DNA of 63,888 nt, the filler included, from Trichosphaerium sp. ATCC 40318 (taxonomy: Eukaryota > Protista > Tubulinea), in NCBI GenBank assembly GCA_038496445.1. It is 3 parts of 3 records of this genome, joined end to end, with 100 filler letters (N's around TTAATTAATTAA, not from the genome) between each part and the next. Parts side by side here need not be neighbours in the genome. Positions count along the whole stretch, not along the records: positions 1 to 24,501 come from JALMLS010000364.1; positions 24,602 to 55,776 come from JALMLS010000180.1; 1 more part is not named here. One strand, written 5' to 3'. Shown one piece after another: positions 15,866 through 29,721 of the stretch. The number at the start of each line of letters is the position of its first letter. The first letter of the stretch is position 1. The notes beneath the pieces are model-generated. The model saw nothing but the letters and a program-made list of their open reading frames with translations. It did no database searches and was not told the origin of the DNA. Position numbers and translations under genes: made by a program.

Positions 15866-17687
15866 GCAGCAAATCAAGTTCCTGGAAACAAGAGGTGCTT
15901 ATCCTAAAGAGGTGGCGTTTGTACATAGTATTCAATTCCCATGTTTGTTTATTAAATGTTTCCACTTTCATCATGTTACTGTCGTTATATTGTTACGGTA
16001 CTTCAATGCCTTTTGGGTGTTGCTTAGGCAAATAATGTTTATCAATAAACTAAAAAGCGATTTCATTCAGAGAAAACAGCAATTGTTTTTGCTTAAATAA
16101 TACCAAGGTATTCAGCTGGGGTTTATACGTTATTGTACGGAAATAACAATATTGCGATACATTAGGCGAAAAAAAGTAGCCCAGTTGGTAGATATCCGTT
16201 AATATTTGTTACAGTAACTCTTTCTTACGACGATTATAAACACGTGGACATTTCAAACGTCATGGCTTTTTTGAGTCCGGAGAAAAACAAGATGCAACAA
16301 CTCTTTCAAGGTCCTGTGCCGTACTGTTTGGGCGCTTTCATGATTCTTTGTCATATAAGGGCTGCTATATATGTTGTATGTAAACTCAATGTATTCAGGT
16401 ATACTTATGGATCCGCTCTAAGCATAGCACAAGTTACTAGTGGCAAGAACTTACTGGGATTTTGCTACGTATTCCTTTCATGGTTGTTTTTGTTTCGCCT
16501 GTTGCTTTCTCAGTATAGGTTCAAGATCTGTTATTCTTACTCTCATTCCTTCTTACTATATCATACCAATATCTTATATCTCTATACAGGTAAGAAACAG
16601 CTGTAATGAAACCTTCTTCAGCAAAGCATAAACTCTTTTTTACAGATTACAAGTACCTTTTTTTTAAGTGCTAAGCTTACTAGTTGGCACTATGGAATAT
16701 CTCTCCATACATAAGGTACAAATTTAACGTACAGCATCATTGCCACTAACGATAACAATCTTTTGAGTTTGCATGGCAATTTGCTGTGATCTTCTTGTAT
16801 AAGTATGTGATTCAACAGTGGCGAATTCAAAGAAGGTACGATAGCACAGATAATTGTATCTTTGAAAAAAACCAGCGTGCTTCAGTTTTACTTTGAAGTT
16901 AACCTTTTGTTCCACTTCAACAACTACAAGTCCTATGTCATTGCCTATAACTGCGAGAAGTACACTGCACAACACATAAATCTCGGCCGAATGCATTTAA
17001 TGAAGGTATTGTTAGAGTATAACTACTCACAAAAACACATAAAACAATTGAACTAGTTAGAACTACCTGAGGCACCACGACAGACTCTGTAATTACAAAT
17101 GAAATGGTACCGACAGTGTCTTTATGGTGCTCGATTCTTATCAGGAGAACCAAAAACATGTTTGATACACACGTTCTTGTTGATCTACAATACCAGATTG
17201 GAGGAGAGAATGCGTCTCACTCAGCTTCGATCCCTGGATCACGTAGCCAGAGACCCTTCCCATTTATTAAATTGGATTTATCTTGTACATATACAGCAAA
17301 TTACATAAATCAATGGAAGCATTCAATCAATCAACACAACAACTTATTGAATCGTAATCTGCCATTGTATAGAACTGCTACGTTGTTTTACGATACTACC
17401 ATACTTAAACAACTACCTCTCACTTATCAAACGCCAGTAAAATACTTATTTATACTGTCACGGGATTTTCTGGCTGGGGATGTAGCTATGGCATGTTTGG
17501 TGTCATTTATTTCATGCCAATAGTTTGCAGCTGGGTTACTGTATTTGAGTCTTTGTTCTTGCGTACTTGTACTGTTTAGTTTTTTCCTGCTCAGAATTGA
17601 TTGTATGTTTTCCGGACATTAAGTCCTGGCAATCACTTAGGCCTGAGTAGAGTTAAATTCAACTTGTAGTTTATTTACTTCACTGGC

Positions 17688-19700
17688 ATGGTATCGCAAA
17701 GTCCGAAACAGTATTGTGAGCTACAACATGGTATCTAACTATTAATACAGGAGCGACGATCTTATTTTTAGTGTTTACTTCAATATTTATTTACAATACC
17801 GCTGGTCTCCTTGAAATACAAAGCCCTTTGCAGTTAAAGGGAGTATACAAATCAGTTGGTCACGTGATTGGTTCGGTAGAAGAAAATTGGGACAAACGAA
17901 ATATTACGCTCGTACGCAGTGAGTTCCATGATGTAGCAGGTGCGCTCGATATGGTTATTTTATTATTTATTTTGTTCTATTTATTTTTGTGGCATAAATT
18001 TCCAACAACAAACAATTGTTTTTTATTAGGCAAAGCAGTAATTATAGAAAGCGACTCGAATGACTTTGAAAAAGAGTACGTGGAGCATCCAAATTTACAC
18101 GGATATATTAACACGTGATTTGCGAAAAAAAAGATCGCCTTGTCTAAGTGTTTTCCAGTTTTCTAACTTTACCGCTCAAGAAGGGAATTTTACGTAAAAT
18201 TTTCAATCATTTTTTGATGAGTTTTAGTGCCTTTGATCTTCAACGAAGGGGTGCTGTAGTTATTGTATATGTAGTTACTGGCAGTATAAACTTAGGTAGT
18301 ATAGATTTTGTTTTTCCTTGCTGTGTACTGTATTCACTCTAAAAGGTCTCGCGTCGTATCTGCTTCGATACCCTCAAAAAAGTAAAGGCTTGAATATCCC
18401 AGTTGTAACTACATACAAAGACGCTTTCGATCCGGCACTGCTAAACAACACTGAAACCGCTTTTGGGACAGTATATCCAGGTACTATAGAATCGTTTCAT
18501 ACTCGCGGTGCTAATTATATTTCAAGATTTCAATTCATTTCAACATGTGTTTAATCATTGGGGCTACTATCTCACTATTTTCTTACTTATATCATACACA
18601 ACCTTTTGCTTTGGCGTTGCTGTTTGTATACTATGGCAACATATATTTTTTCGATCTAAAACTAACACGTTCATAACAATACCTATTGTTTGTTTGGGGT
18701 TTGAAGCAATCGCCAATTTCCGTGAGTAGAATAATTGGATCTTTCTTCTTTTTTACTGACTGATCCTTTCCAAGGATTACACATATATCCGCACCTTTTC
18801 CAACAGGCTCTAACTTCAGCTTCGGTACCATTCTCGTTGTCAAGTGCTCTATTAGTGACTATGTACTGGTACACAACCCTTTTTCAATTCGTTCTGTGTT
18901 AAAGCTACTGTCATCTGTTCCCAGTTTTGCCTTACTATTTTGTTATTTAAGGCATGAATCTATTTACAATAAAGCAGTGAAGGTGGCTACATTCCTACAA
19001 AAGACAAAGATTGCTTTTATTTGCATCATAGTAGCTTTGTTCGTATTCTTTATTTTGTCGAGTATGTCAAGAACAATATTCTCAGGTAGCCTATCAACCG
19101 CATTAACAGGAATTAATTGGGTACAACTTTACATTTAGCACAGCACGTACTGATTGTTGTAGACCATAATTCTTGGATCAATTGGTGTTATTGTTGTATA
19201 CGGCTTAATAGTATGTCGTACACTGATTATATTCAGCAAGGATACAACGATTAAATTACATCGATTGAACATGGCACGTGAATGAGCTTCTTTTACTTTT
19301 CTATGGCTGAAGGTCGAAGTTTTTTACTTTTTAATAGATGCGTATTCGTCTTTACACTTTTTGTACACTCCAAGTATTGTTCTTCTTTTCTATAATTGGT
19401 GTGGCAGCTGTTATATGTACAATAACTCTTATTTGAATATCCTGTTTATTGCTTACTATTTCTTTTTGGTAGCTCTTAAAGCAGAAGCCGGTTGGTTTGT
19501 TACTGTTGTGATGATGTACATATTTATCCTTGACACACTTTCACTTGTCCAGAGTATACCTTTATGGATGGCTAATAGACGGAGAGTCCATACCTCAAGT
19601 ATGTAAATCGTGGAACAGTAAATGCTACAAGTCTCAGTACAGTACAGGCTACTGAATCTATTTGTAATACTCCAGCAAAAATGTGTTCAAACTACACAAA
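17688..19700 (+). pseudogene. Signal peptide + PA-like extracellular domain + multi-TM (7TM receptor-like) gene, frameshifted
   Basis: ATILFLVFTSIFIYNTAG leader; GKAVII..LQRRGAVVIVY..LNIPVVTT resembles a PA domain; serial hydrophobic helices; 1-nt insertion near 18888 relative to the inverted copy. Confidence 0.5.
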
Positions 19701-20249
19701 AACAATAAATAGTATAACCTGCTGGAACATAAAAATTAGTATTGTAGTCGGAAGCAAGTTTGTGGGGAAAGACAAGAAATGTACAAATCTGCAGGTACAC
19801 TTGAGGTTTGATAGAGTTTACAGCTCTCCAACTTGTGACAATACTGTCAAGACAAAGGCGTTTGAAGGGTAAAAGCTCTTGTGTTCTGGTATTTCATAGC
19901 GTTTGCATGTTTTGCTCTAGATTTGACTGCATTTAAAATACAAAGGTTTAAACCCTTACCAGTTGTTTCACTAATTTGACTAAAGTACACCAACATAGAT
20001 GCCTATGTCTTTTTTTTTGAAATTTTATTTCTACAACTTTTCCGTTTAGATCACTATTAACACTTGTATGTACTTTTTTGTGATTGCTTCTCTTGTATTT
20101 GTTCCGTTTTTTTGTTTTTTTTTTTGGCTGTATCAATGTCCATCTTTTTGTTGAAAGTACTACAAGAGCTCTATGTATGCACCGTAAAAAATGAAAAGGA
20201 ACATGTACATCATATCTCATTTTTGTCAGGAGCAATTTGTTTTTTTTTC

Positions 20250-21820
20250 TTAGTTTTTTCTTGAACCCACAGAAACACTTGTAAACTTATGCATCTCAGT
20301 GATTGTATCAGTACGATCTACCATGGAAAATAAATTCTTCTTCTCTACAACTGAAGGTGGGATATGAAGAAGAAACCTAAAAAGGTACGTCTACGTGTAA
20401 GTAATTGCGAGTAATGAAAAACAAGTAAATAAAAAAAACCAACTTAAAATCATTTTAAATATGACTTAACATACCTATTGTTTCATCCGCTTTTTTGCCT
20501 CCAGTATCCGATCTTTACAACACTTTAGAATAGCCATTGCTATTTTCATGATACCAGCCTTCCCTTCAAGGAATATCAAGTCCCTAACGAGCGTTTGAAT
20601 AAAATAAGAAAAGGTAATGGCTTTTGGTATGTAAAAGTAGTCTAAAACGCGTTCATACCACATCGCTGTTACAGATTCAGTGTCCTTGAAGTTTGTAAGA
20701 GTGTAAGAAACCATTTCGACGTAAACGTAGTGAGATCAATATCTTTCAGCGCCCTCCATACCCTACTCAGTGCCTTAGTAGCTATACAGAAAGCATTTTT
20801 TCAAAAATAAAGAGGTTCATACGCTGGTATTTCATCCTTTAACATTGCTTTAAACAGCTGAGTGTCATCTTTAAGACCAGCCAAGTTCTTTGTAGAGTAT
20901 TAGAAAGCGCAGAATAAATCAACGAACGCGTAAATATGACAGTTTTACGTGTTGAATTCCAGTAGTACAAAACTTAACATACGGAGGTATAATACTCGTT
21001 TATATGCTTATCCATTAGCGCAACAAGGTCAAAAAGCTATTTCGAACTATTAGAGCTGATTTACGCAAAAAGCCAAAAAACCCGTTTGTATGTACGACCG
21101 TTTGTTGTACGGGTCTATCAGGCAATTAGAAAGAAAACAGCAAAGTTTCGGGAATAAATACGCGGATTTTTGAAAAGATAATGCGTACCATCCTTCTCCT
21201 CCACTTTGTTTAGTAGTAGCATACCCACAACGAAACTCATGCCCTTTAAAGTATGATTCAGTGAGAGGAATGTACTTTCTCTACATTTTGAGTAGCAAGA
21301 ATTAAAAATGGTCTATTACGCACCTGACAGTATCCTAGATCAGGGTGAAGTATGAATAGGCGTTTAAAATTCGTTCTAGCTTTTCTTTACCCTACAGCAG
21401 TTTTAACGCGATTTTGGGCGTTTTACCGTTGTATTGACGCACGTCACCAGTTTTAAAGAGCTGTTCCGTTGGATAAGTCCGATTTTTGTCTAGTGTAATT
21501 TGATGATACCACTTGTTCTCTGGTTGATGACTCAGTACGTTGTAAGTATCGGGTGGGAACTGGTCTGCATAATATGACGTATCCAGCTAGTTTAATGGCG
21601 TTAATGTACAAGTTCGTAGGTTTTGAGGTACCAAGCGTTTCCACAAGCTATTTCTGGCTACGTGTGATGGTACATTACCAGTTATGATCATCAACCGCGC
21701 TCTCTCTGCCATAAGATCATTGGCACGTATATTATGCGTATAATGACTTTTAGAGGCGGCTGCTTCGCTGTCATAAGAGCTCAGTTTGTTATACGGCGCT
21801 TCAGGCTTTTGGTTTGCCAT
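20250..21820 (-). CDS. TBC-domain Rab GTPase-activating protein
   Basis: QITLDKNRTYP (IxxDxxR arginine finger), LERILNAYS, spliced GYCQ|GMSFVVGMLLL (YxQ glutamine finger), DLIFLEG. Confidence 0.85.
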
Positions 21821-22289
21821 CGTTATGCTCCGCTCGTGAATTGCTGTTTTATTTAAGTCGTCTCATCGCGTGAGAATTGATCAAACGCGACAAAATTGTA
21901 GTATTTTGGGGCGCTAAGGTTCACATGATACCAAACTAGTTTGTAGATGATTTCTAAAGGTTTACCTCCGCAAAATTGTACAGTAACAATCAAGTGCTCT
22001 ATTGTCGAGAGTCGATGGTTTAAAAGGAGCACCTAACGTTCTTCCAAACAAATAGAATTTTGAATGATTACAAATATTGCTTTATTTGCCTTGTGGAATT
22101 CACGAAGTCGCAACTATTTGTGTAGGAGTTTTTTAGTGCATTTATCAAACAATTTCAAGGCAGTAAATGAGCTGTTAATTTCAACCTATTGCTTAGATTT
22201 CGAACTTTATTTAGGTCAATTAGTGAACCATACGATTAGGTACAAGATACTCTTAGAAACAAACCGGTCGCAGCAAGCGACAGTTTAAC

Positions 22290-22830
22290 CGTAAAATGGA
22301 TATTCAAACAACCACGAATATCCAGTGCTTTCAATCCAGCAGCAAGCAAGATGTCCAAAGCGTCTGTGCTGAAGCTTGTACATGCCAAACCTAGTACTTT
22401 AGCTCCTGCAAGAGCAATTCCCTGTAAGTAAGCAATTAGTCAAGTCAACTTCTGTAGCACCAGCAATGTATTCAAGCCCTTTGTCGGTAATACCAAGACA
22501 GTTTGCCAATCTAATCTTGTGAACTCCTTGGAGAGTTTTCACAGCGTCATCTGTGATATTAGTACTCTCTAGCATGATAGTATGAACGCCAGCAAGAGCT
22601 TGAACGCCCTTGTGGTAACTTGGTGGCATTGGCTAATATCGATAGTATGTATACTTGTTGTTTATTTCAGCGCAAGGACCGCATGTACATACGATCGATT
22701 CGCAATTGTATTGGCAAGATTGTTGTTGAGACATGATAAGGAGTTGATGGCTGTGATAGAATTGAATAAATGAACGCCAGTCACGATTATGCGAACAAGA
22801 GTGATTAAACGAGTTTGACACTTCTTTCAA
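22290..22830 (-). pseudogene. Degenerate GVHTI-type LRR gene
   Basis: KGVQALAGVHTIMLESTNITDDAVKTLQGVHKIRL with flanking frameshifts and stops. Confidence 0.7.
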
Positions 22831-23106
22831 TCATTTGTTAAGTTTGGTTGAATTATAGAACTAGTTCGTGTGTATATGTAAGTGTTCCATTGCATTGCAG
22901 AATGTATAAGAATTGTCAATTTTGATTGAAAAAAAATGTGTCATTCTGATTGATTAAGTCGTTTTCAGAAAAAAAGCATGATTGATTTGATGGATAGCTT
23001 GCCTTAAGTAGTGGGTTATTTTCTTGAAAGCACCTGCATCTTAAAAGAGGCTTTTCTTTCGGGTTTTTTCATACGTGATTGATTCTAAATATACAACCTT
23101 TTTTAT

Positions 23107-24501
23107 TTGTTTGGAACACACATTTTTGCTGGGGTAGTACAAATAGATTTGGTAGCCCGTACTGTACTGAGACTTGCAGCGCGCCCTGTTCCATGGTTTG
23201 TATACTTTGAAGTACGGACTCTCCGTCTATTAGCCATCCATAAAGGTATACTCTGGACTAGTGAAAGTGTCAAGGATAAATATGTATATCATCACAACAG
23301 TAACAAACCAACCGGCTTCTGCTTTAAGAGCTACCAAAAAGAAAAGGTAAGCATAAATAGGATATTAAAATAAGAGTTGTTGTACATATAACAGCCGCCA
23401 CACCAATTACAGAGAAGAAGAACAATACTTGGAGTGTACAAAAAGTGTAAAGACGAATGCGCATCTATTATTGTCTGTATCAATGAAAAGTAAGAAAGAC
23501 AAACAACTTCGACCTTATAGACAGAGAAGTAAAAGAAGCTCATTCACGTGCCATGTTTAATCGATGTAATTTAATTGTTGTATCCTTGCTGAATATAATC
23601 AGTGTACGACATACTATTAAACCGTATACAACAATAACACCAATTGATCCAAGAATTATGGTCTACAACAATCAGTACGTGCTGTGCTAAATGTAAAGTT
23701 GTACCCAATTAATCCTGTTAATGAGCTTGATAGGCTACCTGAGAATACTGATCTTGACATACTCGATAAAATAAAGAATATGAACAGTGCTACTATGATG
23801 CAAATAAAAGCAATCTTTGTCTTTTGTAAGAATGAGCCACCTTCACTGCTTTGTTGTGGATAGATTCATGCCTTAAATAACAAAATAGTAAGCAAAACTG
23901 GGAACGGACGACAGTAGCTTTAACACAGAACGATTGAAAAAGGGTTGTGTACCAGTACATAGTCACTAATAGAGCGCTTGCCAACGAGAACGGCAATGAA
24001 GCTGACGTTATATCTGTTGGAGTAAGTACGGGTATATACGGAACCCTTGGAAAGGATCAACTAAAAATAGAATCCGCACTAAAAACAAACAGTCAGCAAA
24101 AAAAGAAGAAAGATATCCAATTATTCAACTCACGGAAATTGGCGATTGCTTCAAACCCCAAACAGACAATAGGTATTGTTATGAACGTGTTAGTTTTAGA
24201 TCGAAGAAGAATGTGTTGCAATAGTATACAAACAGCAACGCCAAAGCAAAAGGTTGTGTATGATATAAGTAAGAAAATAGTAAGATAGTAGCCCCAATTA
24301 TTTAATACATGTTGAAATGAATTGAAATCTTGAAATATAATTAGCACCACGAGTATGAAACGATTCTGTAGTACCTGGATATACTGTCCCAAAAGCGTTT
24401 TCAGTGTTGTTTAGCAGTGCCGGGTCAAAAGCGTCTTTGTATGTAGTTACAACTGGGATGTTTAAGCCTTTACTTTTTTGAGGGTATCGAAGCAGATACG
24501 A
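23107..24501 (-). repeat. Inverted duplicate of 18354-19695 (PA-like/7TM gene), cut by the contig end
   Basis: Near-identical translations on opposite strands, e.g. LIIFQDFNSFQHV.N.WGYYLTIFLLISYTTFCFGVAVCIL. Confidence 0.9.
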
Positions 24502-24601
24502 NNNNNNNNNNNNNNNNNNNNNNNNNNNNNNNNNNNNNNNNNNNNTTAATTAATTAANNNNNNNNNNNNNNNNNNNNNNNNNNNNNNNNNNNNNNNNNNN
24601 N
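24502..24601. other. Artificial contig linker N44-TTAATTAATTAA-N44
   Basis: Exactly 100 nt; the core gives stops in all six frames; identical structure at 55777. Confidence 0.97.
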
Positions 24602-25077
24602 GATTAAACTTATACAAGTCAAATTCGCCCTTCTCATTGTGACAAAACCCAAGGTTAGGTGGCACCATGAACGTCTCATGAAGTTTTGTTGACACTTTTC
24701 TTGAAACTAACGTAACACCACCTCGATATCCTGTTTTCATGAGTTCTTTTGAAGATTCAAACCGCCTAAATAACTTATCAAACAAGCTTTAAACGTTTTC
24801 ATTAGAAAGGTGCTAGTATCAAGCTTGGTTTTGTTGGCAACCACCTCAGGAGGCACGTGCACAAATAATTAAACAAAAGAACACAAAGGCTTGTTGCCAA
24901 CATACTTGCGCCAGAACCTGCATTTCCAATCTCCACTGTACTATTTGAGATATTAATTCTTCGTTAGGTTGTTAAAAACGCGTTTAAAAGGATAACCTTA
25001 GCTTTCCAAGAGTTACATGGAGCACATGAACCTGTTGCGCTGCTTTTTAAGCTTTTCCAGTGAAAATCATCTTGCAT
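24602..25077 (-). CDS. Hypothetical multi-exon gene, 3'-truncated by the linker
   Basis: Exon LFDKLFRRFESSKELMKTGYRGG...EFDLYKFN stays open into the gap, with upstream short exons; no family recognised. Confidence 0.4.
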
Positions 25078-25630
25078 TTCGTTAAACAATTGTTTTGACA
25101 CCCGTCTGGTAACGTTATGGCGTAACAACAATTATTTTATCGTACTCAAGGGAGAAAAGAGCGTTTGGTGTTAAATAACGCGTTATCATGCACAAACACT
25201 CTGTTGGAAGAACTAAAAGCATAGCCGGTGACTTCTCGCTCATTGGGCAATGTGCTTTTTAGCGTTTTGTGTTTTCTTAAAATAGGTTTCAAAAAGACAC
25301 TGACTTAACGGAAACACGAAAAGTGCTGAATTTCAGAGCGTTTGCAAATCAATAAGTCATTTATAATTGTATTGCAGTACATATAGTTTATGCCTCCTGT
25401 TCGTTTTACTAACTAGTGATTCATAGTCAAATCAAATTATGCCGATTTTTTGTTTTCCAATTAATTGAATTATTTGACATGTCAAAATTGAATGCCCAAC
25501 TCAATGAGCAATGAGGTGAGTTGTTTTTTCAATATAGTGTACATTGGCATTTAATTTACTAATATAACCACCTTACGCGCTCATAATTAAACAAAAATTT
25601 GACAGTGAGGGACATAAAGGGACAGTGTTA

Positions 25631-27006
25631 TCAAGTAGAACTTTTTACATTAAAAATTTTAGCCCAAGAAACAGCATTTCTCGCTTGTTCCAACAAAAAA
25701 AAGAAAGAGGCGGAGCTCAGCGCCAATCGCCATAGAGAAGGTCCCATACCTTTATACAATCCAAGAAATCCTTCATTCCTATACGAACTACATAAGAAAA
25801 AAGAATTGAAAACAAAAAAACAAAAAATCTCGCTCCAAAAAAAGAAGTGATTTGGTTTTTTCCTGGGCTTAATCACGTGCCTGCATATAGTCATTGCTGC
25901 ATTAAACAGCCCAGAGTATCTTTGCGGCTCAAACGCACGTTGATCATGTAAACGTGAACGAATAACGTAAAATGGGTGTGTTAGGAGTACAGCTACTATA
26001 CGGCTCATGCCTCCAAACGCTAAAGCTTTTGTAGACTTATCAAGCCACCGTACGACCTACAAGGAACCTTAGAGTTTGATTTCCAATAGAAGATATAATA
26101 AATAACATACCTCGCTATCCTCATCTATTAACGGAGCACAACGTGCCATTAGTGTCTCATAGAATCCAAACTGGATGCCTCCTTGTAAAGAAGCAAAAAG
26201 AGCGGGTGACATGCCTTTATAGAATGCTGTTATGCCCTAGGAAGGTATTATATCAACAATACTAAATTCAAAAAATCCCGAACCTCTTCGCGTAGAATTC
26301 GCGAAATCGCGTCTAGATTAATCTATTAGGTACCACTATTACTATACAATGAATTAAACATACCTATTGCTCCTTTATAAGGTACTCGTTTAACCAAATT
26401 ATCGGTAGAAACTGAGTTTTTTGCTTTTTGTTGTAACTGCAATCTTGTTTTAATTACCCTATATTTCAATATAAGTGTCAAATGACATATGCACAAATGT
26501 TCTTCTTTAACGTACCAAATAGGGTTTGTTAACATTGCAACGCTAACACCACTTATAATGCCAGAGACGAAAAAGTGCTGAAACTGTAAAGAACCATAAC
26601 GTGCTTCCATCTGTGATTTAGTAATGCTGTAACTATTTGAACAGTTACGACTAGGCGTAATAGGGCGCTGTCAGGAGTTTTTACGCACCAATACATATAC
26701 ATGCCCCAAGATACAGTTGAACCAAACAACGCTATCGGCAACCCTTGGTATAGGCCTCTAAACGTTTCAATACGCACTATGCTGCTAATAGCAGTAAAAG
26801 TTGATCTATATTTCGGTATAGGGTTTCCCTTTGTGTTGCCATCATGTACTAGTAGTGTGTCAACGAAATGTATACTCCACTAACAAATGACCTTGGAAAC
26901 GCGTCTTTATCAAATCCAGAGGATACGTGAGCGTCAGATTGGTTGAAGCTGCCATACAGCCAGCTAAAGCTTGACCAGTCGCAGTGAGTTCCAGTACGTC
27001 TGTCAT
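25631..27006 (-). CDS. Mitochondrial carrier (SLC25), folate/FAD-carrier-like
   Basis: Three Px[DE]xx[KR]-type repeats: YPLDLIKTRFQ, NPIW-VIKTRLQLQ, HPFYVIRSRL; W in place of D in the second repeat, as in the SLC25A32/Flx1 group. Confidence 0.85.
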
Positions 27007-27354
27007 TTACAATAGCTGTTCATTTCAAGGCTTATTGGTTATTTTACGCTTCAACGTTCGCTCTTGGAGCCAAATAAACTTAAAATAAAATGTTAGACTA
27101 AATTCAAATAAAATCAACCTTCAAACGTGCCAATACCAGTAAAAAACATCTTTATAACCATTTGGTATCATAACGACGCACGTGGATCAGGTTTTACGGT
27201 TTTAGAAATTTTTTTCAGTACGTCGCTGTAAAACATTGATAGTAATTACCAAATATCCATAATGGCGGCTTTTTACCGTTGTTTTGTGTTAAATTGCGTT
27301 GACTAAAAAAGGGTGTTTGAAGTATTCTGACTCGAACAGAAGTCTTGCAGCGCG

Positions 27355-29279
27355 ATGACAAGTGGACAGAACATCGTTATTTTACTTCTGTGTTTGGTTC
27401 TCGCACTAGTGAGCTCGCACAATGAGGGAAACAGAGTATTGGTACTCCTTGACGACCTCTCTCAACAGCATTCGTACTCTATCTTCTTCAACTCACTAAA
27501 AGGTACCGCAACTCGCTATTTGATAGCGTCCCACACTATAGAATGCCCTCAAACAATCAATTTGTAGAACGCAACTACGCACTCTCTTTTTTTAAAGCAG
27601 ATGATGCTTCCCTTGCACTAACAGAATACGGGGAGTACTTATACGATCACCTTATTATTTTTTCACCAACAGTTGAAGGTACCACGTCACAAAATGTTTT
27701 TTTATTGCTTGGTTTGTAACCGTAGCGCAGAATTTGGTGGATTAATCGATGTACCATCTATTCTTGACTTTATCGATGACGGCCACAACGTTCTTGTTGC
27801 CGCAAGCAGTGAAGTCTCTGACTCAGTAAGAGAAGTAGCAAGCGAATGCGGTGTTGATTTTGACGAGGAAGGAAGCTTCGTCACTGACCACCTCAACTAT
27901 GATGAAAATGACCCACTTCAAACCCACAACGTACGTAGAGAATGACGTGGCACAAAAACGAAGTTTTTTGTTTTTCGAAAGCAATTTTTTTTTTCAAAAA
28001 CAATTTGACGTAATAAAACCTATATTACAAGCCTCTATACGCTTAAATAAAGGCGCACGTTTGACCGAAATGTTACCAGGTGATTGTTGTTGACCCAAAA
28101 TCTTTGGACAAACTCAATGACGTTATTGTATCTACCAAAGCAATCAAGAAGCCAATTGCTTGGTCTGGTATTGGCGCTGACGCCGAAGGTACGTCACAAA
28201 ACGAAATAAAAAAAAAATTAAATCGTTGACTTTTTACGACTAATGTATTCACGACACTCAACCACGTTTTAGGTTCCCTTACTTTCCCTCTATTGAATGG
28301 CGCTGAAACATGCTACTCTGCTGTACCTAACAAGGCCATTTCTGGTGAACCTCACACCATTGGCACAAACACTGTTCTCGTTTCTGCTCTACAAGCTCGT
28401 AATAATGCGCGTGTTATTGTATCAGGAAGTGTTTCATTGTTTTCTGATAAATATTTCAACCAAAAGGTTAAGAAGTATGGTGGTGTTGAAACGTACGTTC
28501 AAGTGTTTACACGTATTTTTGAAATTTTTTTTGCGGTTCTTTTTCAACTCTTTTTGCGTTGACGCTTTGGTTTCGACGAAGCGTTGCTTGCTTTTTTTTT
28601 TTTCATACTGATTTTTGGTGTTTTAGCGAAACTGCCAACAAGGAGTTCTGTGTTGAGCTTTCCAAGTGGGTATTTAAAGAGAAAGGTGTCCTTAAGGCTG
28701 GTAACTTGACACACAAATTGGTTGGAGATGATGCTCGTGAGTACCGTATCAAAGACGAGATTGTATGTTAACATTTTTTCTCCTTTTTTTTAATTTATTT
28801 TCACTGTCGCTAAAACATTTTGTAGAGCTTCAGCATTGAAGTACAAGAGTACAAGAAGGGTTCTTTCGTTCCATTCGTTCTCAAAGACACCATCCAAGTT
28901 GAGTTCACTATGATTGATCCTTACGTAAGAAGCACCCTTGATGTAAACAAAAAGGGTCGTTACTCCACCCAATTCAAAATCCCAGATGTATACGGTGTCT
29001 TCACCTTCCGTGTTGAGTACAGTGCTCGCGGTTACACTGGTTTCACATTAGAAGAGCGTGTTCCAGTTAGACCATACAGACACGACGAATTCGAAAGATT
29101 CATCCCTGCTGCGTATCCTCCAAGACGACTTTTTTTTTTCTTTTGTTGTTTCTTATTTTATTCTTATTACATTTTGTGTTGTTCCTTGACTTTTTATAAG
29201 ATTCCCTTACTACGCTAGTGCATTCTCTATGCTCGCTGGATTATTTGTATTCTCTGTAGTATGGCTCTACGGCGCTTAA
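27355..29279 (+). CDS. WBP1: Oligosaccharyltransferase 48 kDa subunit (OST48/WBP1)
   Basis: Signal peptide, [75 protein letters not shown]-terminal TM helix. Confidence 0.93.
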
Positions 29280-29721
29280 ATGAACAAATTTTAAAGCAAG
29301 GTCCTTGTATTTTACGGCATTTTCCTTTTTTTTTGTTTGGGAATATTGCTTTTGGGGATGTTGCAATTTGAAAAAATACAAAAAATCAATTTGAAAAAAG
29401 TGTGTAGTGGCCCATGCAAATAAATATAAAAGCTGCAAAAAAAAGTGTCAATTTTCGCCAATAACACGTGTTTACACTCAAAATGAGAAAACAAGTGCAC
29501 ACGTGTCAAAATTGCGAACGTAGCATTGGCTCTATTTTTGCATTAACTCAACAAGTGTGCTGGCTTGCCTTGGTGCCGTAGATTGAGTTTTTTTGCAAGT
29601 ACAGGTCCTTATTTAACAATCAAATCAAGCTACGAGAAATGTGAAATTATTTTGAAGCTCGATCCTTCTGGTTGCGTAACGGTACAATGTGGAAAGGGCG
29701 AATTCAAGGTTTATTTACTGA

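Noticed and set aside
16200-17560. Hydrophobic short ORFs that might be another membrane-protein gene
   Set aside because: Could not build a consistent spliced frame or recognise a family
24546-24557. TTAATTAATTAA as a biological motif
   Set aside because: Centred in symmetric N runs twice; synthetic six-frame-stop linker
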